64,000 nt of DNA from Tortispora ganteri. Lineage: Eukaryota. The notes below the pieces were generated by a model. That model did not search any database. It had not been told where the DNA came from and saw nothing but the letters and a program-made list of their open reading frames with translations. Within the stretch, counting starts at the first letter, position 1. The number at the start of each line of letters is the position of its first letter. Below, in pieces: positions 43,985-52,535 of the stretch. The position numbers were made by a program, and so were the translations under genes. Location of the stretch: NCBI GenBank assembly GCA_003707115.1, contig PPNB01000003.1, forward strand, positions 186,001 to 250,000, read 5' to 3'.

Positions 43985-45145
43985 TATAATCATCCAGCTG
44001 TTAATGACGAAGTTGTGCGTATGCAAAGTTAAACAGCATTACTGTTATCAAAATTAAGATAACTCTAAATAAAAAAAATGGTCACTATGATAATATTATG
44101 ATTATTTATGTCTATTAATAGATCTATCGTGTAATTAATTATAAAACAAGGTTATTAGTTTTTTTTCTAATTGTGGCTTATTTAAGCTATTGTGTCTAAG
44201 AAATTTGCTATTAAAGGAATATGTCTCAAAATGAGTAAGGACCAAATCGGTCATTGTTTGTGCACATGTGTTGTTTAATTGAGAACATTGTTTATGATTA
44301 AGTATGAATAAATCAATAAATATTGAATCAAAAATGTTATGATATTTGTACAAATTCCTGAATATTTTAAGATTAGTACTTAAAGAAACTTGAATTATTC
44401 ATGCATTGCTAAAAATACCTGATAACATTCGAATTACTAGACTTAAGCCTAATAAATTCTCCATATTCTAGATCGATGATATAATTAGCAAGAAACATCT
44501 TATAATTCCAAAAATAGATCAGAAATCCATTTTGGGCTGGTACTGGATAGATCCAGAAGTAAATTATATGGCAATCTGTCAACAATCGATCTATCAAATA
44601 TTGCCAAGAACGTGTCAGTGAGATTTCCGAAAATGGATATACTGCCAATATTCAGATTTAAAATCATAAATTTATTCACTTGCAAATACTATTAACGGAT
44701 TGACTGATTCACTAGCATTCTTTCGATTAGTTGGATTCACTCCATAAACGTCACTGTGAATTCATATCGATATACAGTCTTTTCAATGATATAATAATTG
44801 TGATAACATTTAATCAATGCATGTCATAATACTACTTGCTTATTAACTATTCAGCAAATATATCATTTCTAGGAAATAAAATAAGTGATAATGAAATGAG
44901 GAGTTCGTCAATTATATTGAATATCAACGCATGCATGCATGAGTTACATTAGCAGCATACGATATATCGCCGATATTTGCGACTCATAGAATAATTTTAC
45001 AAGCAATTGCACTAATATATTAACCAGTGACATATTTATAAACAAAAAAGTGTGGCTTATTTACATATTACAAGTAATCAACTTCTATAGGTGCATGGTG
45101 TGCGATCCTTACAATCTCCAAGATTATAGAGCAATTAAAGTTTCA

Positions 45146-45165
45146 GTTCCGCCTATAGGCGGAAC
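45146..45165. promoter_or_regulatory. Perfect 20-bp palindrome GTTCCGCCTATAGGCGGAAC (CCG-N8-CGG)
   Basis: Self-complementary over all 20 bp, about 20 bp upstream of TATATATATA and 70 bp upstream of ATG 45236; function inferred. Confidence 0.6.
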
Positions 45166-45235
45166 GTCGCCTACCGCATATATCTATATATATATCACTG
45201 CATGCTCACATCTTGCTCACCATCAACATAATCCA

Positions 45236-46090
45236 ATGAGTAATAGCATTGAAAAGCTCATTCAAAGAAACCCGCATAAGGATTTCAAGAAAGTAGAAGA
45301 AGGCAGACCTGAATTCGAGTCAAATGTCACATTCCACTATACCAAAACCCCCCATCCTGACTGGACACCAGGTTCTGGAGCAAGTACTGACGAATGGAAA
45401 GCGTACAAAAAGCTCGAAATTGATCCCTATAGTGAAGGCAGAAATCCAATTTTGAACTATAAATTGCTAATTTCGGGAATTGTGCCTCGCCCAATTGGAT
45501 TGATCTCTACGATCTCCGCTGCCGGCGTAAAAAATTTGTCCCCGTTTTCATACACTACAGTTGTCAACCATGACCCGCCAATTTTCTGCATCGGTCTCAG
45601 CTGTGGATCCGGCAACTTCAAGGACACCTGCAAGAATATTCTCGAAACCAAGGAGCTCACTATTAACGTAATATCCGAGTTTTTCATTGAGGCTGCGAAC
45701 TACACATCTACCAATGCACCAGAGGATGTATCTGAGTGGGTCTTATCGGGACTCACCGAGGCACCCTCCACCAAGGTCAAACCTAGCCATGTCGCAGAAT
45801 CCATCTTTTCCGTAGAGGCGAAATTACTTCACACACACGAATGGTTCTCTAAATCTACCGGCAAGCAAACGGGCACGTTATGTATTTGTGAGGGCGTTAA
45901 TTTCCACGTTCGTGAGGATGCCATAAATGCCGATCACAGTATCATCGATTGTGCAGTGCTCCAACCAGTAGCGCGCCAGGGTGGTATCACTTATACCCGC
46001 GCCACTCAGGGATTTGAGCTTTTGCGACCCGATTACGACACAGAGAAAGAGAAACCTGAAATCCAGGCTGCGCTCAAACGCAGTACTTAA
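45236..46090 (+). CDS. Flavin reductase-like FMN-binding split-barrel protein
   Basis: YKLLISGIVPRPIGLIST, NLSPFSY, KDTCKNILETKELTINVISE, PVARQGGITY. Confidence 0.85.
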   Translation: MSNSIEKLIQRNPHKDFKKVEEGRPEFESNVTFHYTKTPHPDWTPGSGASTDEWKAYKKLEIDPYSEGRNPILNYKLLISGIVPRPIGLISTISAAGVKNLSPFSYTTVVNHDPPIFCIGLSCGSGNFKDTCKNILETKELTINVISEFFIEAANYTSTNAPEDVSEWVLSGLTEAPSTKVKPSHVAESIFSVEAKLLHTHEWFSKSTGKQTGTLCICEGVNFHVREDAINADHSIIDCAVLQPVARQGGITYTRATQGFELLRPDYDTEKEKPEIQAALKRST

Positions 46091-46278
46091 TACTTAAATT
46101 GTGAAAACTATATCACTTCCCCCGCGAACGTCTTTCTCCCTCTCCCCACATAATCTTCGATTAAGGTTCACATACATCCAATAAACGGTCAGCCCTGACA
46201 TTTACCCCCACACCACGACTACTACTATAAATACTCTTAGTAATATTATCACAACCTGTAGTTTGACTTGCACCCACT

Positions 46279-47199
46279 ATGAAATCATTTAAACTTAATA
46301 CTGGAGCATCAATTCCTGCAATTGGTTTGGGTACCTGGCAGTCTACAGGACCCGAAGCGGCTAAACTTACTGAACAGGCCATCCGACTCGGATACCGCCA
46401 TATCGATACTGCCTATGCGTATGAGAACGAAAAGGAAGTCGGTGCAGGTATCAAGGCGGCTATTGATGCTGGTGTTGTAAAAAGAGAAGATTTATTTGTG
46501 ACTACTAAACTTTGGAGCTTGCATCATAGGAACCCTGAAAAAGCTATTGAGCTTAGCCTTAAAGCCCTTGGACTAGACTACGTCGATTTATATTTAATTC
46601 ATTGGCCTGTAGCACTGAACGACAATGGAAAGGATATGATTCCTTTGCTTCCTGACGGTAGACGTGATTCCGACCTTAATAGACATTTTGTCGATACATG
46701 GAAAGATCTGGAGAAAGTGTATGAGTCCGGTAAGGCGCGTGCAATTGGAGTATCGAACTGTTCCATTTCATACCTCGAGGAGCTGCTGGCCTCTGCTAAA
46801 ATTGTTCCTGCCGTCAATCAGATAGAACTTCATCCCTACCTTCCTCAAACTGAGCTCGTCAATTTTTGTCATTCTAAGGGGATTGTTCCTGAAGCTTACA
46901 GTCCTTTGGGTGCTGCTGGCGCACCCTTGCTTAAGGACGAGATAGTAAATGAAATCGCGAAGGCCCACAACGTGGGTCCTGGTACGGTGCTGATAAATTT
47001 CAGCGTTGCTCGTAATGTGGCTGTCATTACGAAAACAAGCAATCTTGATAGAGCTAAAAGTAACCTCGAAATTATTGAATTAACTGCTGAAGAGATGGAG
47101 AAACTACTGAGTATTCACAAGATCCATGGCCAGCGCAGATATGTAAGCCCTGACTGGGGTGTTGATTTCAAATTTGAGTTTTGGCCCAAACAATCGTAG
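46279..47199 (+). CDS. Aldo-keto reductase (Gcy1/Ypr1-like)
   Basis: IPAIGLGTWQ, GYRHIDTAYAY, LFVTTKLW, LYLIHWP, AIGVSN, NQIELHPYLPQ, AYSPLG. Confidence 0.93.
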   Translation: MKSFKLNTGASIPAIGLGTWQSTGPEAAKLTEQAIRLGYRHIDTAYAYENEKEVGAGIKAAIDAGVVKREDLFVTTKLWSLHHRNPEKAIELSLKALGLDYVDLYLIHWPVALNDNGKDMIPLLPDGRRDSDLNRHFVDTWKDLEKVYESGKARAIGVSNCSISYLEELLASAKIVPAVNQIELHPYLPQTELVNFCHSKGIVPEAYSPLGAAGAPLLKDEIVNEIAKAHNVGPGTVLINFSVARNVAVITKTSNLDRAKSNLEIIELTAEEMEKLLSIHKIHGQRRYVSPDWGVDFKFEFWPKQS

Positions 47200-47272
47200 A
47201 AATACTAGTTATATAATTTACATATGTTACATTGGTTACCGTGATATTTTAGTCATTAGTACGTAGATTCTA

Positions 47273-48964
47273 TTAGAGCGCCGTTTGCGCGCTTTGCATT
47301 TTATCAGGCATTTCGTGTTGTTGAATCGGCAATGAGCACAAAAATGCTACGCCTGACACAGCAGTATAAAATATAAAAAGTGTTGTGAACGATTGTGCAT
47401 AAAGTTCGCGTGCTAGATCAACGTTATCTCCAGCGAATGTAAGCTGGCCGTTGGCGAGCATCGAGGTGAGATCTTTGCCGTTTATAAGACCTTTTAGAGG
47501 TGCATATGTTGGAGTATTAAGAAGTCTATCCATCTGGTTGGCGAGGGCAACACCGCTGACAGAGATTGAGAATGACATGCCTATGAGTTTTGTCATAGTA
47601 TAGGAAGAATTGCATGGTCCGACGTCTTCGTCCTCGATGACGCACTGAATCGGAATAGCGGGGGTTTGAAAACAAACTCCGAGGAACAGGCCGAGAATGA
47701 CGAGTATTGTGAAGAAAAATGCAGGTTTTGAATCAACATCAAACATGATCATGAGTCCGTTGAACAGTGTAGAAGCGGCAAAAGAGACCCAGATAATTAG
47801 CTGATATGACCCGATTAAGGAAATCAACACGCAGCCAAAACCACAGGTAAAACCAATTGGCACTACGTAGGCCATGAGCGAGTATGCGGCATGCATTGTA
47901 TCCATGCCTTGAACAGCCTCAAACCACACCGGCAGGAAAAAGCAGAGACCCATATAAGTGATGCCCTGGAAAAAGTTTGTGAGGTATCCGGCGGCTTTAG
48001 TGCGTCCATTGAGCAGCCGCATAGGGAAGACAGGTCGGGACGCGTGCATCTCTATAAGCACAAATAAAGCGTAGCCGATGACAGAGAAGACGAGCGGGCA
48101 GATTACTGTGGCGGACTTCCAGGGAAACGAGATGCCTCCCCAGGAGAGGCCTAGAAGCAGCAAGATGGTAGCGCTTGTGAGTGTGGTGGTACCTAAAAAG
48201 TCGATAGAATATAGACCTTTCTTGAGCTGTATACTTTCGTGCTTTAAGTGGACAAACATATATACAAGGACTATGACAGGTGCACCAACAGGCAGGTTTA
48301 TGTAGAAGATCCACCGCCAGGTGACACGGGTAGTAAGTGCAGCACCAAGTAGTGGGCCGATCGCCGATGAGACCGCCCATGTCGAACCCAAGAGTCCCGT
48401 GTATATACCACGTTCTTTAATTGTGGATATATCAGCAGACAGCATGTAGCAGAGACAGTTGACTGCGCCGCCGCCAATGCCCTGTATGGCTCTACCTGCG
48501 ATAAGCATTCCCATAGACGTGGCAGCGCCTGAAATTGCGCTACCTATTAAGAACACAACAAAGAATGCAAGCAGGATGACTTTTCTACCGAATATCTCGG
48601 AGAGATTGGCAGCAGTCGGGATCACAGCGGCAGAGCAAATGACATATATGATTCCGACCCAAGAATATTGTGAAGATGATCCGCCAAGATGGTCTGCAAT
48701 TGCAGGCATAGATGTAGTAACAATAGTTTGTTCAATTGAGGTAACTAATAGTGCTAAACAGAGAATGAACAGAATGAAGTATCGTTTCTTAGAAGAGGCG
48801 AGTTTAGTGTCCTCATGAAAGCCAGCTGTGATCGTTCTCTCGAGGTCAGCTATTACAGAGCTCTTAGTCCTTGTGATTGGCTGATTCGTATCTAACTGCA
48901 CACTGTTGTGCGTCTGTATAGGATCTATTGCATCTGTATGTTTTTCATCTTCCGAAGCAGTCAT
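47273..48964 (-). CDS. MFS drug:H+ antiporter, DHA2 (14-TM) type
   Basis: EQTIVTTSMPAI, SEIFGRK, GRAIQGIGG, GPLLGAAL..WRWIFYINLPVG, IDFLG. Confidence 0.9.
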   Translation of the reverse strand: MTASEDEKHTDAIDPIQTHNSVQLDTNQPITRTKSSVIADLERTITAGFHEDTKLASSKKRYFILFILCLALLVTSIEQTIVTTSMPAIADHLGGSSSQYSWVGIIYVICSAAVIPTAANLSEIFGRKVILLAFFVVFLIGSAISGAATSMGMLIAGRAIQGIGGGAVNCLCYMLSADISTIKERGIYTGLLGSTWAVSSAIGPLLGAALTTRVTWRWIFYINLPVGAPVIVLVYMFVHLKHESIQLKKGLYSIDFLGTTTLTSATILLLLGLSWGGISFPWKSATVICPLVFSVIGYALFVLIEMHASRPVFPMRLLNGRTKAAGYLTNFFQGITYMGLCFFLPVWFEAVQGMDTMHAAYSLMAYVVPIGFTCGFGCVLISLIGSYQLIIWVSFAASTLFNGLMIMFDVDSKPAFFFTILVILGLFLGVCFQTPAIPIQCVIEDEDVGPCNSSYTMTKLIGMSFSISVSGVALANQMDRLLNTPTYAPLKGLINGKDLTSMLANGQLTFAGDNVDLARELYAQSFTTLFIFYTAVSGVAFLCSLPIQQHEMPDKMQSAQTAL

Positions 48965-49645
48965 TGTTTTAACGCGGAGGAAACTTGTGGAAGACTACTA
49001 GCTATATGTGTGTTATAAAAAAAAAGGAAATATGAAGAAAAGCCTAGGTGGGATGCTACCTTATGAAAACTTTAATCTAATTTAGCGTTATCGCCAATCT
49101 GTGATATCGCTCAATACTTGGTATTCACATCATTTCTTCTTCATTTTTTGATCATATCATGAACACTTTTTCATTTTTCTGATCGGTCGACTGGATGGTG
49201 TGTAAACTGTGCATGGTGAGCTGCATAGTAGATGGTTGATGGCATTTCTAAAACAGGTGGGCGGAATTAATCTAGCTGATACAAGGTTCATAAAGTGATA
49301 TATTGACGTGCTTGTATCTCGTTTCTAAGGGCATAGAAAACGGCTAAACTGTTATTTGCAGTATATCTTTGACCCTAGTTACAAGCAGTTTCAATATAAT
49401 CTAGGTTCTTGTCCCATCGGGCGAGTTAGCAGTTTTACAATACCACTGTACAACCTTATTGGTAATAACGTTTTTTTTGTCAGTATAGATGAGCAAGGCA
49501 TTAGGAATTAGAATAATAATAATATAACATTAGTTTTATTAATTTTGAGCATTTCATTTACATAAAATATCTCTTGGTGCAAGAAATATGTGGGTACTAT
49601 TGATAGAGTAACGGAGATTGGGTAGCAGTGAACCTAGATAGAGAC

Positions 49646-49921
49646 ATGACTGGGAAGGTGACAGTACGGTTCAAGTCAATTGGCAGTACGCGGGCGCTCA
49701 GTCAACAGGTGTACAAGGTGACGTACGACCAGCCGCTGAGCCGGATCATTGAATTTCTCAAGAAGAAACTAGATATGGAAATGACAGAGCCGCTGCACGT
49801 GTATATCGCGTCCTCGTTCAGCCCTAGACTGACAGATTCTATTGGGTATCTGTATGATCTCTACAAGCAAGATAACGGGCAAATTGTATTAGAATATTGT
49901 AATATGCCGGCATTTGGCTAA
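49646..49921 (+). CDS. ATG12: Ubiquitin-like autophagy protein Atg12 (91 aa)
   Basis: KVTVRFKSIG, FLKKKL, YIASSFSP, terminal YCNMPAFG. Confidence 0.88.
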   Translation: MTGKVTVRFKSIGSTRALSQQVYKVTYDQPLSRIIEFLKKKLDMEMTEPLHVYIASSFSPRLTDSIGYLYDLYKQDNGQIVLEYCNMPAFG

Positions 49922-49928
49922 TTATTGA

Positions 49929-50654
49929 TCATAGCTCGTCGTCGATTTTGGCAGCAGCCTGTTCCGATAGGTAGCTGTGGATACTGTCGCGCTTCCAGGA
50001 ATCGCCTTCGTAAATGGACGGCTGACCGTTCCTGAATATCACTAACGACTTGTCCGGAATGTCTTTGCCGAGTAGTTCTGACAAAATTTTTGGTTTGGTC
50101 GCACCGATTGGCAAAGTCTCGCGAAAATCAATAGCAATTGCCTTTAGCATTGCAGGTACGAGCGGTTTGCCTTTGTGCGCAAACACTGCCACGAGGTTCT
50201 CATCAATAAACGATTTCGCGTCATCCAGATTCGAAATATACTTAACGTGGTTCGGTATTTTGTCTATAATAGCTTTTGACATCGCAGGAACAGACCTCTC
50301 GCCATGATAGTCGTCGGCTACTGCACGCTTGCCATCCTTCGGCTTGCGGAATATCTTCAGCGTGGGGTATCCACGTACACCATGGCGAGAACACAGCTCT
50401 TGGTTCTCGGGAGCGTCGCACTGTACTGCGGCTACCGTTGCCAGTCCTTTAAGTCGTTTAGCCAATTTTACATAAGTCGGTTTCAGGTTCTGACAGTGGC
50501 CGCACCAGTCCGCATAAAACTCCACTATAGTCACGCCGTCGCTTTCTAGCACCTCGCTGGCAAAGTCCTTGGGGGTCAGCGATTTCACCCCAGATGCCGC
50601 ACTGTACAGATCAGCACATACAAGCACAATTAAGCTCAACAGCAATAATTTCAT
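49929..50654 (-). CDS. MPD1: Protein disulfide isomerase Mpd1-like
   Basis: Signal peptide, single WCGHCQNLKP site, second Cys pair, C-terminal DDEL. Confidence 0.85.
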   Translation of the reverse strand: MKLLLLSLIVLVCADLYSAASGVKSLTPKDFASEVLESDGVTIVEFYADWCGHCQNLKPTYVKLAKRLKGLATVAAVQCDAPENQELCSRHGVRGYPTLKIFRKPKDGKRAVADDYHGERSVPAMSKAIIDKIPNHVKYISNLDDAKSFIDENLVAVFAHKGKPLVPAMLKAIAIDFRETLPIGATKPKILSELLGKDIPDKSLVIFRNGQPSIYEGDSWKRDSIHSYLSEQAAAKIDDEL

Positions 50655-50884
50655 GCTTCAAAATATAAAAATTACAGCAGTACAAAGACTTTGGTAACCT
50701 GTTTCGGACTAGGTGGTTATAAAGGCCAGCAGGTAGCTGGGGCTGCCCTTTAAAAAGGCCCAAACACCCAACCTCCCGCCAAGCAGGAGGGGTACCGTGC
50801 CCTCATTGACCCCTAGTCAATGGCACTTACCTTCCACCAACCATACGGTCTACCAAATATTCGGGGTCTTCAAAGCACTCTGCA

Positions 50885-51838
50885 ATGTCATTGCCATCTA
50901 GTTTGGCCACTGTGCGGCCTTTCATAGTTCGGGCGAAAGAACTTGAGAATTCAGAACCCGTAGTTTCCTACTACTGCAAGCTCTTTGCCGTCCAGCAAAT
51001 CCTTGCGAACAAACTGCATACCATCGACACTGAAGCAATGGCCGCTACTACAGCCCTCCTAGACACTATAGAGAAGGAAAAATCGCAACTCAAGGCTAGC
51101 GATGCCTACGCATCAATTGTTAACGATGATATGGCTGCCGAAGCGTATGTCGAGATGTTCGCTAACCGCATCCTGGACTCAGCTGATCTTCAGGTAAAAA
51201 CACACAAGGCGTCTAAGCGGACCGCTATTGCTTTCCGCGCAGCCGCCTCTTTTTTTGAGGTCTTAAAGGTATTTTTACCCGAAGATCAGCTCGAAGCCTC
51301 GCTTAGTTCAGAAATCCTCCAAAAGATTAAGTACTGCAAATTCCATGCAACACGCATCTTGAAAGCCTTAAGCAAGGGAGAGGATCCTAATATATACGAT
51401 GTCGAATCGGATGTAGATGAAGCGGAAGTACAATCCGCAATTGCCAATGCATTGACACAGCCAGATGAGGAACCGCCATCACACCTGCCTTCTTTAAGCA
51501 ATATCTCATTAAACTCTCCGCCAGTCTCTGATCCTCAGCAGGTTCTACCAACACTGCCTTCAGTTTCTTCTATTGACGTTCAGCTACCTAAAACTGCAGC
51601 AAATAATCTTCCACGAAGTGTCTCTCCGCAAGGTACTTCCGATAACGTACCGCAGCCGCAGGTAACGGCACCCCCTACTAATTACCAACAAGTGGAATCA
51701 GTAATTCAGAACGAAGAGACGTTTAAACTTGCACAGAAGCATGCAAAGTTTGCGATATCGGCGCTGAACTACGATGACGCTGCTACTGCAGTCAAGGAAC
51801 TAGAAGCGGCATTAGCCATGCTTAGACCTACACTATGA
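50885..51838 (+). CDS. VTA1: Vps4 cofactor Vta1
   Basis: PVVSYYCKLFAVQQIL MIT region, KIKYCKFHA, C-terminal AQKHAKFAISALNYDD VSL domain. Confidence 0.93.
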   Translation: MSLPSSLATVRPFIVRAKELENSEPVVSYYCKLFAVQQILANKLHTIDTEAMAATTALLDTIEKEKSQLKASDAYASIVNDDMAAEAYVEMFANRILDSADLQVKTHKASKRTAIAFRAAASFFEVLKVFLPEDQLEASLSSEILQKIKYCKFHATRILKALSKGEDPNIYDVESDVDEAEVQSAIANALTQPDEEPPSHLPSLSNISLNSPPVSDPQQVLPTLPSVSSIDVQLPKTAANNLPRSVSPQGTSDNVPQPQVTAPPTNYQQVESVIQNEETFKLAQKHAKFAISALNYDDAATAVKELEAALAMLRPTL

Positions 51839-51840
51839 TA

Positions 51841-52490
51841 TTATGACCATAACCTTGAGACCAAGGATCCGCCGAAATTGCGCAATAAGCTGTTTCCAAA
51901 TAGACCATTAGCAATTCCTGTAGCTTTGCTCCATTTATCACATCTGCCAAACGCCAGAGTGTTAGTGAGACTGAGTGAGACAGCAATGACGACCAGGGTC
52001 AGCCATATGAACTCGAATTTCAGGATCGCCACTAGTCCCAAAATTATCCACAAAGTCGGACTAAGGTACAAAGTTGTCCAAAAGAATTTAGAGTCTGTAG
52101 CATTCATTTCTCGCTGTGGATCGGCGCTCTCGAATACCCATATGCTCTCACCTTCTTCCGAGGTCTCATTCCACCAGCGTAGACCAACAAGCAATCGTCC
52201 TGCTACGTTCTTTGTATACCAAAAATCTGTAGCCAGTAGAATTATTACAATAATAAATACCAAGACAAAGTTCGAGGTAAACAATAGTCCTAGGAGATAC
52301 GTCAGCAGCGACGCTATATGTATGTTAGTCAAGGTCTCTTTATTGACATCGTATATCTACTGTACCTATTCTGAATGCTAAAAATGTTATTAAAACCGAA
52401 GGTTTTGATGACAGTGAAATCCGATATTCGCTTTCAGCCTATAAAAGTCAGTCAATGGCTATTTTTTCGTTGTAAAAGTCCACTTACCAT
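51841..52490 (-). CDS. TVP23: Golgi membrane protein Tvp23; complement join(52490..52488,52438..52366,52313..51841)
   Basis: DFWYTKNVAGRLLVGLRWWNE, WVFES; two ~50-nt introns (GTAAGT..GACTGAC..TAG; GTACAG..GACTAAC..TAG) restore MAESEYRISLSSKPSVLITFLAFRIASLL. Confidence 0.85.
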
Positions 52491-52535
52491 GGTCAAGTCG
52501 ATTTGTGGGTGTTTGGGAGGCCATCAAGCCTTCCC

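Noticed and set aside
43870..44000. Poly-Leu frame from the GCAAAA repeat as missing signal-peptide exon of the adhesin-like gene
   Set aside because: No in-frame ATG and no splice donor before the stop.
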